Notes under the pieces: generated by a model
What the model saw: only the letters and a program-made list of their open reading frames with translations
Told to the model about the DNA's origin: nothing
The model's database searches: none
Position numbers and translations under genes: made by a program
Assembly: GCA_963712275.1 (NCBI GenBank)
Contig: CAVQHD010000001.1
Coordinates: 768,001 to 832,000 of the forward strand
Direction of reading: 5' to 3'
DNA: 64,000 nt
DNA from: an uncultured Rhabdochlamydiaceae bacterium
GTDB taxonomy: Bacteria; Chlamydiota; Chlamydiia; Chlamydiales; Rhabdochlamydiaceae
Part shown: one piece after another, positions 10,133 through 18,871 of the stretch
Layout of the letters: each line of letters starts with the position of its first letter
Position numbering within the stretch: position 1 is the first letter of the stretch

Positions 10133-10624
10133 GTCGCATTTTGCAGCTAAAATAAAGTCGCTCTCCGTAAGGCCGTTGATTTTATGCGTCCAAATCTCGA
10201 GAACCACTTTTCCCCAAGAAAGGAAGATGTCGGGATGGTGTCCTTCGACTTCTGCAATTTTCCCAACTTGATTGGTAAAATCAAGCGCTGTTTGAAAGTT
10301 TGAAAAGTGAAATTCTTTTTTTAAATGATGCTCATCGATAACCGCCCATCCTTTAGGAAGCTGGACAAGCAAAGTTTTGAATTCTTCTCCTTTTAATGGA
10401 GCGGCGGTGCCTTTGCACGGTATACATTTTCTTTGGTTTAAGAGACTGCCTACGGATTCAGTTTCAGTCGATTTTTGGGTTCTTTTGACCGATTTTTGAT
10501 TCATTTGTTGGGGATAATATACGAAAGTTGATATTATCCCCAACAAATGAATCAAAAATCGGTCAAAATAATCCCAAAAATCGACGAAACCTGAATTCGT
10601 AGGCAGTCTCTAGGGGCATGCCAT
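10112..10624 (-). CDS. Pterin-4-alpha-carbinolamine dehydratase with palindromic element inserted at codon 5 (ancestral ATG 10624 now followed by TAG; alternative ATG 10504 inside the element)
   Basis: CIPCKG, AEVEGHHPDI, WTHKINGLTESDFILAAKCD. Confidence 0.85.
10441..10611. repeat. Miniature palindromic element family A, long copy (171 bp)
   Basis: ~80-bp imperfect inverted arms AGAGACTGCCTACG...CGTAGGCAGTCTCT around a 10-bp loop. Confidence 0.9.
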
Positions 10625-10660
10625 TTTTCCATTTTAGGATTATTCCGATTTTATTGCATA

Positions 10661-11674
10661 ATGAGCTTTATGAAATGGTTGCCGTGGATGGTTCTATGTC
10701 TTTCTCTCCCGCTAATGGGTGCCTATACTGTTAGGGGAGGCAAGGTTATCAATGTGGAAGAGGTTGCGACGCTCTCGGTGCAAGATCACCATGGGCTGCT
10801 GCTTGAAGCGGTGGAAAGTCAAAATTGGCAAGAGGCCATTCATCAAGCCAATATTGTCATTAAGAACTTTCCCAATACCCCCTTTTTTCAAGAAGCGTTC
10901 TATTTCCTTGCGACTGCCTATTTCAATCTGGAAGATTTTGACATTGCTAACCAACATCTGACGTCCTATCTCCGGAAGCAAACCGTTCTGCAACATTTTC
11001 GTGAAGCTATTGAACTCAAATTCCAGATCGGAGAGAAATTTCGAGAAGGTTACAAACGACATATTGGCGGGTATGAACTTCTTCCCAAATGGATGCCAGC
11101 TAAAGAGGAAGCGATTAAAATTTATGAGGAAGTGATTAGTGCGCTCCCAAATGATGATTTAGCTGCGAAAGCGCTTTTTGGCAAAGGTGTTCTCCTTCTG
11201 GAAGATCATGAGTTTACGGCGAGTATTGAAACGCAGCAGACATTAATTCGGCGTTTTCCAAAACATCCTCTAACACCTGATGCTTATACTGAAATCGGCC
11301 GAGTCTATTTGATTCAATCCAAGGAGAAGTATCCTGATGCCGATTGTCTAGATCTTGCATCGATCAATCTTCGAAAGTTTCGGCAAGAGTTTCCTTTAGA
11401 TGAGAGAATCGAGAAAGCAGAGAACTTCTTTGGTCAGATGCAAGAAGTTTTTGCCGAAAATTTTTATGAGATTGCTCAATTTTATGAGCGTACAAAAAAA
11501 CCGCACGCCTCGATTTTATATTATTCAAAAATAATCAAAGCTTTTCCTAATACAAAGACAGCAGAACTTTCTAAAAAGCGGCTGAGTGTTCTCAATCCTT
11601 CCCAAGATACGGCACTCCATGATTCAGAACTGACAATGGAGCCCATTCCTGAGCCTGAAGTCCCACTTCAATGA
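10661..11674 (+). CDS. TPR protein, BamD/YfiO-like outer membrane assembly factor
   Basis: Signal peptide, TPR-like repeats (KNFPNTPF, RRFPKHPL, IAQFYERTKKPHAS); conserved chlamydial position after dnaE. Confidence 0.75.
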   Translation: MSFMKWLPWMVLCLSLPLMGAYTVRGGKVINVEEVATLSVQDHHGLLLEAVESQNWQEAIHQANIVIKNFPNTPFFQEAFYFLATAYFNLEDFDIANQHLTSYLRKQTVLQHFREAIELKFQIGEKFREGYKRHIGGYELLPKWMPAKEEAIKIYEEVISALPNDDLAAKALFGKGVLLLEDHEFTASIETQQTLIRRFPKHPLTPDAYTEIGRVYLIQSKEKYPDADCLDLASINLRKFRQEFPLDERIEKAENFFGQMQEVFAENFYEIAQFYERTKKPHASILYYSKIIKAFPNTKTAELSKKRLSVLNPSQDTALHDSELTMEPIPEPEVPLQ

Positions 11675-12438
11675 ACAGCTTCTTAAAAAGCCTCTTTCTT
11701 CTGAGCCAGTTGCAAAACTCCAATTTGGGGCCAAATCCGCGCTTTTGCTGCTGGATTCCTTTTCTCCGCAAATCGCCTACTCTGCGTCGAGTATGTCAAT
11801 TTGCAGAGAAAAGGAACCAGCGGCAAATTCATCGAATTTGGCCTCCAAAGCGAGTTTTGCAACTGACTCTTCTCTTCATTCTCTCGAGTTGCGGCTATCG
11901 GACAATCTCATCCGAAGATCGACCGACTCTCTCTATTCCCTTTGTGCGGGGAGATGAAGAAGGGCTCTTGACGGAGGCTTTAATTTCGGAAATGAACCAG
12001 ACAGGGCTCTATCAGTATGTCGGAAGTCAAGGAGATCTTGAGCTGAAAATTTCCATTGTGGGAAATCACGAGGAAGTCATTGGGTATCGGTATGATCGTA
12101 AAGAAAGATCGGGTCGTATTGAGCCGAACTTAATGGCCACAGAAAATCGGCGCCATGCAGCTGCGGAAGTGACCCTTTTTCGGCACGGAGAAGAGGAGCC
12201 TATTTTGGGTCCTTTCGTTGTGACTGCGTCTGCTGAGTTTGATTATATTGATGTGAGCACAATCCGCGAGCTTGCTTTTATCAATTCTCATGGAAAACCT
12301 GAAAAGGTGATCAATTTCTCTCAAGGACAGCTCGATTCGATTGAAGGAGCGCAAGATAATGCTTTGCATCCTTTGTATGAGCAGCTTGCAAAAAAAATTT
12401 CCGCGGCGATTCAGAAATATAAGTTCACGGAGGATTAG
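11671..12438 (+). CDS. LptE-like lipoprotein with 56-codon palindromic insertion in its signal peptide
   Basis: Lipobox LSSC-GY followed by TLSIPFVRGDEEGLLTEALI; ATGA overlap with the BamD-like gene. Confidence 0.7.
   Translation: MNSFLKSLFLLSQLQNSNLGPNPRFCCWIPFLRKSPTLRRVCQFAEKRNQRQIHRIWPPKRVLQLTLLFILSSCGYRTISSEDRPTLSIPFVRGDEEGLLTEALISEMNQTGLYQYVGSQGDLELKISIVGNHEEVIGYRYDRKERSGRIEPNLMATENRRHAAAEVTLFRHGEEEPILGPFVVTASAEFDYIDVSTIRELAFINSHGKPEKVINFSQGQLDSIEGAQDNALHPLYEQLAKKISAAIQKYKFTED
11703..11870. repeat. Miniature palindromic element family B, in-frame copy (168 bp)
   Basis: Arms GAGCCAGTTGCAAAACTC...GAGTTTTGCAACTGACTC with continuing internal symmetry. Confidence 0.88.
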
Positions 12439-12868
12439 GCCGGTTGATCGAAGAAATGATTGCTTCGGTATCAATGACTTCCGTTAAGAAATGCTCTAAG
12501 ACCTTTAAGATAAATTTAGGAGCATTATAAACTCCTGTTGTTGAGAAAACAAGTTCTAGGTGAGGTTTGTGGTTAGGTTGAATACGGCCAATGAAAATCA
12601 AAGTCAGAGGGGCCTCTTGGATCATTTTTGGTAAGATCCAAACAACAAACTGTTCATTAAATAGAGTCACTTTGTCGGCAGCTTCATGAACGTGGAAATA
12701 ATGCATTAATTCTTCGCTTGAGAGAGACTGATCAAACTTACTGTTATCAAGAAGACCAAAAGCATGAAGGAGATTCAGATCAACAGCGATGATTCCATCA
12801 GGGGCATGTTTTTGAAGGTTTTGAGAAAATTCTACAAAAGCATCTTCGAGTTGCGCAGGCGTCAGCAT
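12425..12868 (-). CDS. Conserved chlamydial hypothetical protein (CT550-like by synteny)
   Basis: MLTPAQLE...FHVHEAADKVTLFNEQFVVWI; divergent from the dac gene. Confidence 0.65.
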   Translation of the reverse strand: MLTPAQLEDAFVEFSQNLQKHAPDGIIAVDLNLLHAFGLLDNSKFDQSLSSEELMHYFHVHEAADKVTLFNEQFVVWILPKMIQEAPLTLIFIGRIQPNHKPHLELVFSTTGVYNAPKFILKVLEHFLTEVIDTEAIISSINRPNPP

Positions 12869-12998
12869 CTTTTTTTCCTCGTATTCTTTGTAAATACACG
12901 GCACTCCTTGTGATATCAACAATTTTTTTTAAATTTTTTTAAGTATTTTATATTTAGTAACTTGTGGAAAAATCTTTGGTGTGCCATAATAACGTTAT

Positions 12999-14255
12999 AT
13001 GAAATTCTGCATGTTATGCGCAGTCATTTTATCTATTTTCACGCTTGAGGCAAAGCCGCTTTCGGTAAAAGTTTCTGCTCCATCGGCAATATTAATCAAT
13101 AGTGAGACAGGAGCAATTCTGTATGAAAAAGAGATTCACCAAAAGCGATTCCCCGCGAGCACGACAAAAATTGCAACGGCTTTTTATGTGCTTGAAAAAA
13201 AGGGGGAGAGTTTACACGAGAGGGTTGCAGCAGGAGATGATGCGCTCATGACCGTTCCCGCAACCATTCGATTATCTAATCACCCTTCTTACCGGTTAGA
13301 AGTCAGAGGAACTAGCGCGAGGATTCGCCCAGGGGAAGTGATGACTCTTTCAACTCTTCTCTATGGCCTCCTTCTTCCTTCTGGAAATGACGCGGCAAAT
13401 GTGCTTGCAGAGGCTGTTTCAGGAAACATCGATTGTTTTATGCAGGAGCTCAACCTATTTTTGAAAGGGCATGGGATTTCTCAAACGCAGTTTACAAATC
13501 CCCACGGTCTTCACTGCGACAATCATTGGACGACAGCCTATGACATGGCTCAAATCACACGCCTTGCTCTCAAACACCCCGTTTTTCGGCAGATCGTAAA
13601 AACGGCGCGCTTCTCGAAACCGCAGTCGGAGCAGGCTTTTATGCAATCCAATCGGCTCCTGAGAGAAGGTCCCTATTTTTATTCAAAAGCAATAGGGGTG
13701 AAGACAGGGTATACCTCTCGAGCAGGTTACAATTTAGTGGGGGCGGCAACGCACGAGGGAAGAACTTTGATTGCCGTTCTTTTGAACTGCCCAGAAAATC
13801 ACGATCGGTTTCGAGATGCCATTAAGCTTTTCGAAGCTGCTTTTTCTGAAAAAAAGACTTCCCGTACCCTATTTGCACAAGGGCACGACCGTTTTATATA
13901 CCAAATTCGAGGAGGAACCTGCCCTCTTCAAGCAGCTTTAAAGGAAGATGCCATATTAGAGTATTACCCTGCGGAAGAGCCTTATTTCCGAGCTGAAATT
14001 GAGTGGAGATTCAAATCGCTTCCCGTTGCCCAAGGTGATCTTGTAGGACACTTAAAGTGTATCGATGAAAAAGGGAACCTTCTGCTAGAAAAATCTCTCT
14101 TTGCTTCAAATTCAGTGGAAAAACAAATCTGGGCTGCTATTGTCGATTATTGTCTTGCCCATAAGTCTTTTTTCCTTGCCCTATTCCTAGGAGGGCAGGT
14201 GGTTTTGTTGCTCATCTATCATATGAAAAAGGGTCAAAAAGTCGGCAAGCGATAA
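12999..14255 (+). CDS. D-alanyl-D-alanine carboxypeptidase (peptidase S11)
   Basis: PASTTK (SxxK), SGNDAA (SxN), KTGYT; C-terminal TM helix. Confidence 0.92.
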   Translation: MKFCMLCAVILSIFTLEAKPLSVKVSAPSAILINSETGAILYEKEIHQKRFPASTTKIATAFYVLEKKGESLHERVAAGDDALMTVPATIRLSNHPSYRLEVRGTSARIRPGEVMTLSTLLYGLLLPSGNDAANVLAEAVSGNIDCFMQELNLFLKGHGISQTQFTNPHGLHCDNHWTTAYDMAQITRLALKHPVFRQIVKTARFSKPQSEQAFMQSNRLLREGPYFYSKAIGVKTGYTSRAGYNLVGAATHEGRTLIAVLLNCPENHDRFRDAIKLFEAAFSEKKTSRTLFAQGHDRFIYQIRGGTCPLQAALKEDAILEYYPAEEPYFRAEIEWRFKSLPVAQGDLVGHLKCIDEKGNLLLEKSLFASNSVEKQIWAAIVDYCLAHKSFFLALFLGGQVVLLLIYHMKKGQKVGKR

Positions 14256-15032
14256 CTCTTCAGGCCGCACCATCGCACCCTTTCCAATTTTCATAAGCCC
14301 TTCTTCAATTTGGGCAAGGGGGTATTTTGTTTTGAGAGATGTCCGAATCATTTTACGCCGCTGTTGAAAGGTGTGCCTTACCATTTCGAAAAAATGGCTT
14401 TCTGAACTCACTTCAGGAGGTTTTTTGAGAATGAAGCGAATGACTGCAGACTGAACTTTTGGCGCAGGATAAAAGCAGCTTGGGCTCACGGTAAAACCTT
14501 TTAAAGGATCAGAGTAAAACTGCGTAAACACAGAGAGAGAACTGTAGTCTTTTGTTTTTGGTTTTCCAAGCAAGCGATCGGCAACTTCTTTCTGAACCAT
14601 GACTGTGATGGAATGGAATATTTCTCGATGGGGTAAAAAACGAGTAAGGATGGGTGTTGTGATGTGGTAGGGGAGATTGCCAATCACTTTCATTGGAGAG
14701 GCCGCATGCTTTAAAGGATCCCAAGATAGAATATCATCTTCAATGATCGTGAGCCGGTGATCCTCTGTTTGAAATCGGTGAAGCGCTTCAGCAAATTTGT
14801 GGTCTTTCTCGATGGCAAGGACTCGAGCGCCTTGATTAAGCAATATCTCAGTTAAAACTCCAGGACCGGGTCCAATTTCTAAGATAGAGTCGCCCTGCTT
14901 GATGTCTGCAAATGCAATGATTTTGCGAACGATATTTCCATCGATTAAAAAATTTTGAGACATCCCTTTTTTAGGGCCAGCCCCGATCCCACTCAGAAAT
15001 GCTTTAAGTTCGGACGGTTTATAAAGGTTCAT
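14187..15032 (-). CDS. rsmA: 16S rRNA dimethyladenosine transferase
   Basis: SQNFLID, LEIGPGPG, GNLPYHIT, FQQRRKM. Confidence 0.96.
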   Translation of the reverse strand: MNLYKPSELKAFLSGIGAGPKKGMSQNFLIDGNIVRKIIAFADIKQGDSILEIGPGPGVLTEILLNQGARVLAIEKDHKFAEALHRFQTEDHRLTIIEDDILSWDPLKHAASPMKVIGNLPYHITTPILTRFLPHREIFHSITVMVQKEVADRLLGKPKTKDYSSLSVFTQFYSDPLKGFTVSPSCFYPAPKVQSAVIRFILKKPPEVSSESHFFEMVRHTFQQRRKMIRTSLKTKYPLAQIEEGLMKIGKGAMVRPEELSLADFLTLFHMIDEQQNHLPS

Positions 15033-16858
15033 CCTTTTTTAGTTCTATAAGCCTGCTGAGGGTGATTTGGACTTTCGGGGAATAGATATTCGAGTTCTTC
15101 ATCAGTGATCATTTTCGAGATATAGCGTTTACGCAAATGATCAGAATCGCGTTGAAGAATTTCTACTAACTCTGGAAGTTTTAGAGGGCTAAGGGCACAC
15201 AATTGTGCAATAATCGTTCTTATTTTTTGAGCTGGGGTTTTCTTACCAAGTTCTTGTAATGCCTGAACTAACTCTTCTGACAAAGGTGGAAATTTTTGGG
15301 GTATACCTGATATTGTAATGTCCGGAGCTCCATTCGTAATGCCCGGAGCTCCATTCGTAATGCCCGGAGCTAATAATTTATTTGTTGGGACATAAAAAGT
15401 GATATTCCCTCTTCCTCTTTGCTCTAATAAGCCAAGGTTTCTCAGGTGGCGTAAATGGGTGCTAGCAGTTAAAGTATCTACGCAGTTAATTGTGCGATAT
15501 TCAGCATTAGAGATGGATCCTTTCTCTCTTACAATAATCAGTGTACGCGCTTCTTCATCTGTTAGGTTATGGTCTTTGAATGACTGAAGCCATTGAATAT
15601 CTTGGTTATCAAAAAGATGGTGTGGAAGTAGCGTTAACACAAATAAATTGCTAGAGCGGTCTGACTCTATTAGAGGGACTGAAAGATTGGCTTTTCTCAT
15701 CTCTTCTCGCATCGTACCGATTCCTGTTCCCTTAGCCTCTGCATAGTGAATATCATGAAATACCTGTGCTATAATCTCATTTCTTAGAACCGAGCCAGGA
15801 AGACCTAATTGCTCTTGAGGTTTTAATGAATAGCCTATATTGCGAAATTCTGTTCGGTTTGCATATTTGATAATTTGGACTGGACTTGAAGTTCGATAGT
15901 CTTTATGCATCAGCGCATTGACAACCGACTCTCGAACAACTTTTCGTGGGATGATAGGACTATCTTTTCTTCTTATAACATCATCTTCCAACGCGAAAAT
16001 TTGGGGAATATCATTCATAATCTGATTAATCAGCCGAGGTATACCGGTGATGAGTGCTTCGCACATTTCAAGCGCCGTGTAACGCCGTTCCGAATCTGTA
16101 ATCCACTCTCTTCCCTCGACAAGGATATAATCAACCCTATTTTTTAGAGGAAATAGTCGTCTCAGAGCCATTGGATTACCGAAAAGAAGCATTCCTCCTA
16201 TTGTGGGAAGCGTAACACCTTTTTCTGTCTCCATAACTCGAAGAGCTTTTAATAAGTCTTCGTCACTAGAGCGCAACTCTCGGGCATCAGGTCTAATTTT
16301 TTCTCTTTCATGACGGTAAAGTTTAATCGCTTGCGAGTCAAAATCTGAAAAAGAAGCGCCCTCGATTAGAGTTTCATCGTACTTACGTTTTGCACGCAGT
16401 TGATATAGTAGATCCAAATCTTCTCGTGTACAAATCTGATCGGAAGATCCAATGCGGCGATGGGCTCCCTCATTTACACCTTTGGATTGGAGGAATATGG
16501 GCTTTTCATGGCTATTTGCTTCGGGGACATAAACTAGAAGAACGGAACCTTGAGGATGGGAAATCACTTTCAATATGGGGCGAATGGGGATATTAAAGCA
16601 TTGCCTGCACTGCGAAGCGATATCATTTTGCAACTTATCTGGATCGGAAATGCCTGTAACAACATATTTAAAGTCCCGGGCTTCTTCATTTTTTACAATG
16701 CCGAGTAAAATATAGCCGCCTCCAAGACCAGGTTCATTGCTAAAAGCAGAAACTGTCTCAAGGAAGCTTTTGCCAATACCATGTATAGCTGATTTAGCCT
16801 CAATACGGTCTGTCTCATCACTATTTTGCAGTAGATTGAAGAGTTCATTAAAGTCCAT
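15029..16858 (-). CDS. AlbA_2 (Schlafen-like)/HATPase_c_4/wHTH 'RecG-like' DNA-binding protein
   Basis: IEAKSA...ETVSAFSNEPGLGGGYILLG, RESVVNALMHKDY, AKGTGI, PNHPQQAY. Confidence 0.8.
   Translation of the reverse strand: MDFNELFNLLQNSDETDRIEAKSAIHGIGKSFLETVSAFSNEPGLGGGYILLGIVKNEEARDFKYVVTGISDPDKLQNDIASQCRQCFNIPIRPILKVISHPQGSVLLVYVPEANSHEKPIFLQSKGVNEGAHRRIGSSDQICTREDLDLLYQLRAKRKYDETLIEGASFSDFDSQAIKLYRHEREKIRPDARELRSSDEDLLKALRVMETEKGVTLPTIGGMLLFGNPMALRRLFPLKNRVDYILVEGREWITDSERRYTALEMCEALITGIPRLINQIMNDIPQIFALEDDVIRRKDSPIIPRKVVRESVVNALMHKDYRTSSPVQIIKYANRTEFRNIGYSLKPQEQLGLPGSVLRNEIIAQVFHDIHYAEAKGTGIGTMREEMRKANLSVPLIESDRSSNLFVLTLLPHHLFDNQDIQWLQSFKDHNLTDEEARTLIIVREKGSISNAEYRTINCVDTLTASTHLRHLRNLGLLEQRGRGNITFYVPTNKLLAPGITNGAPGITNGAPDITISGIPQKFPPLSEELVQALQELGKKTPAQKIRTIIAQLCALSPLKLPELVEILQRDSDHLRKRYISKMITDEELEYLFPESPNHPQQAYRTKKG
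15315..15370. repeat. 21-bp in-frame tandem repeat (~2.7 copies) encoding APGITNG
   Basis: gtaatg(t/c)ccggagctccattc repeated. Confidence 0.9.
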
Positions 16859-16868
16859 TGAATCCACT

Positions 16869-17078
16869 TTAGAGCTCCTCTGAAGGCTTTGATTTCGATG
16901 CATAAATACTTTGCAAGAGCACTTCGAGATCTTCACGTTTGTAGAGGCGATAACGGTTAATGAGATGACGATGAGAGTTTAATTTTCCATGTTTTTCCCA
17001 ATTTCTTAGGGTCGCCCGTGTCACGCCCAAAAATTCAGCAGCTTCTTTGATCTGTAGATAGTCTTCGATCTTCTTCAT
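16869..17078 (-). CDS. MerR/excisionase-type HTH protein
   Basis: YLQIKEAAEFLGVTRATLRNWEKHGKL...NRYRLY. Confidence 0.85.
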   Translation of the reverse strand: MKKIEDYLQIKEAAEFLGVTRATLRNWEKHGKLNSHRHLINRYRLYKREDLEVLLQSIYASKSKPSEEL

Positions 17079-18436
17079 CCTAATTTGACGGCGCGGAAAC
17101 CCACCCCTTCAGGGGTGGGAGGAAGCGCCGCTCCTTCTGTTATATTTTTAAAATTCCAAGGATTTACACGATTTGAGTAGTGATATCCGTTTGCACGTTG
17201 AATAAGTTTACAATTTTTCCAGCTAATCCCCTGAACAATCCCTTGAGACGTCTGAATGTTGAAATAGCCAGACGCGCGAACCGCAACACGGCCTTGGTAG
17301 CTGCCTTGTTTTTTACCCTTCGATACTGTGGCTACAATCTGATCGCCTGTCTGAAATCCTTGTATCCTCTTTTTGCGTGTCAGAATTCCACGGAGAAATC
17401 CAAACTTATCGGAGCGGGTTCTTTGGTAAGAGCCTCGTCCTGTGCAAGCCACTTGCTGAATAGGGATCTGCCAGTTATAGAGCTGCTCTACCGTTCCTGC
17501 ACATGCTGCATCAAGCGCATGGGTTTTGCAAATCCCTAACCGCTCACGATTATATTTAGTCTGACCTCCCGTGCCACTTTCGCAAGGAAGAGGGAAGTGT
17601 TTCAGTCTTTCCCAAAGAGCTTGGCGTGTAGTGTTGACAGCAGCAGCGTCACGTAATGTTGGTTTTTTATGAATACACTCTTTAAGATGAGGGGCAAAGA
17701 TTTCTAGTGGTAGATTGCCTTTTTTCTGATTACAAGAACTGCAGGCAAGAGTGAGATTGCTAATACGATCAGATCCTCCTAGGCTACGAGGCTGAACATG
17801 ATCGATTTGCAAGGGAATATTCTTTGCATTGCAGTAGACACATTTGCGTCCCCATTTTTCTAGGAGATATTCTCGGATTTCACAGCCTAAAAGGGTTCCT
17901 CTTTGATATTCGACTCCTTGGATTTCGGGATCTAAGAGTTTTTGTGTATCGAATCGGACGGTCTCACAAGTCAAAGCTGTTACTGGGGCTACTGCTTGTA
18001 TTCCTTTAACAAGGTTGACAAGGGTTTCAACGCGGTGGTTTAAGGAAGGTGGAAGCCAACTCTCGGGTCTACGGCGGTTATCAAAGCGCGGAGGGCGATA
18101 TCTTAAATGACCACGCCTTCTTTTGCGAAGAGCTGCGCGGGCTCTAAGAGATTGACTAATGACAGATCCGCGATGTTTTAACTCTGTTAAATTAAGCGCG
18201 GTCTGTTCTTGACCGTTTTCACGGACGAGCGCGATTCCAGTTGTGACACTTCCGGGATCTATTTTGCAACGGATGGGTTGCAAAGCGGTCTCTTCTACTA
18301 CTCGATCGATGAGTCGAATAACAAAAGGATAGACAGTGTGGATGCGAGCTCTTCTCCTACTCAGTAGAAGTCTAGCTCTTTTCTCTGAGCAAGGCATCAG
18401 GGGTTGATGATATTTATCTAAAACAAATACAGCCAC
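17075..18436 (-). CDS. iscB: IscB RNA-guided endonuclease (PLMP, split RuvC, bridge helix, HNH)
   Basis: QPLMPC, RuvC-I IDPGSVTTG, Arg-rich helix, RuvC-II ETVRFD, HNH CVYC...IDHVQPRSLGGSDRISNLTLAC, RuvC-III THALDAAC. Confidence 0.95.
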   Translation of the reverse strand: MAVFVLDKYHQPLMPCSEKRARLLLSRRRARIHTVYPFVIRLIDRVVEETALQPIRCKIDPGSVTTGIALVRENGQEQTALNLTELKHRGSVISQSLRARAALRKRRRGHLRYRPPRFDNRRRPESWLPPSLNHRVETLVNLVKGIQAVAPVTALTCETVRFDTQKLLDPEIQGVEYQRGTLLGCEIREYLLEKWGRKCVYCNAKNIPLQIDHVQPRSLGGSDRISNLTLACSSCNQKKGNLPLEIFAPHLKECIHKKPTLRDAAAVNTTRQALWERLKHFPLPCESGTGGQTKYNRERLGICKTHALDAACAGTVEQLYNWQIPIQQVACTGRGSYQRTRSDKFGFLRGILTRKKRIQGFQTGDQIVATVSKGKKQGSYQGRVAVRASGYFNIQTSQGIVQGISWKNCKLIQRANGYHYSNRVNPWNFKNITEGAALPPTPEGVGFRAVKLG

Positions 18437-18715
18437 TTTTTTCCTTTCTTAAAAATGCCCTTACGGGCCTTGTAACGGCACCTTTCGGTGCTCTCCCCTC
18501 GGGAATGTTGCTACACAGCTTTTATGCACCGATCCATTTCGTCCTTACCCTATCGGTTGTCTGCAACCGCTGCTTCCAGAGTCCGGAGCTGAGGAAGCAC
18601 TCCGGAGTGGGTCTTATACTTTGTGACAACGTAGCGGCTCTTTACCGCTTTCCCTGGTCAACTAGGGCTTGTTAGTCTCCTTTCAAGCCTCTCCCTTTAG
18701 GGAGGGGTGGTTGAC
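17079..18715 (-). mobile_element. Non-autonomous IS200/IS605-superfamily IscB (ISC) element
   Basis: Left end GTCAACCACCCCTCCCTAAAGGGAGAGG hairpin; right-end hairpin CCCACCCCTGAAGGGGTGGG (17099-17120) followed by ATGAA; no tnpA. Confidence 0.85.
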
Positions 18716-18731
18716 GTCATGTTTTCTCAAG
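18440..18731 (-). ncRNA. omegaRNA (HEARO-like) of IscB including 5' guide
   Basis: ~280-nt non-coding region 5' of iscB beginning GTCAA, with CTACGTT, GGAGTGCTTCCTCAGCTCC and AACATTCCCGAGGGGAG segments typical of omegaRNAs; exact ends inferred. Confidence 0.8.
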
Positions 18732-18737
18732 CTATCT

Positions 18738-18766
18738 AGAATAACAAAGCTTGCAAAACATTACAA
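18738..18766 (-). promoter_or_regulatory. Putative sigma66 promoter (TTGTAA-17-TATTCT) reading into the omegaRNA
   Basis: Reverse complement of 18761-18766 and 18738-18743, 17-bp spacer. Confidence 0.55.
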
Positions 18767-18871
18767 TTTATCTTTCGACGGGAAAAAACTGAGCCAATCC
18801 TGAAAAGGGAATTGCCAAAGTTCTCGCGGAGAGAAGCGCTTTTCCTGAGGTGTAAGAACAGTGCCTAGTCT

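Noticed and set aside
17075..18436. Cas9 or CRISPR locus
   Set aside because: Only 453 aa with a PLMP N-terminus and no REC lobe; no repeat-spacer array seen anywhere in the window
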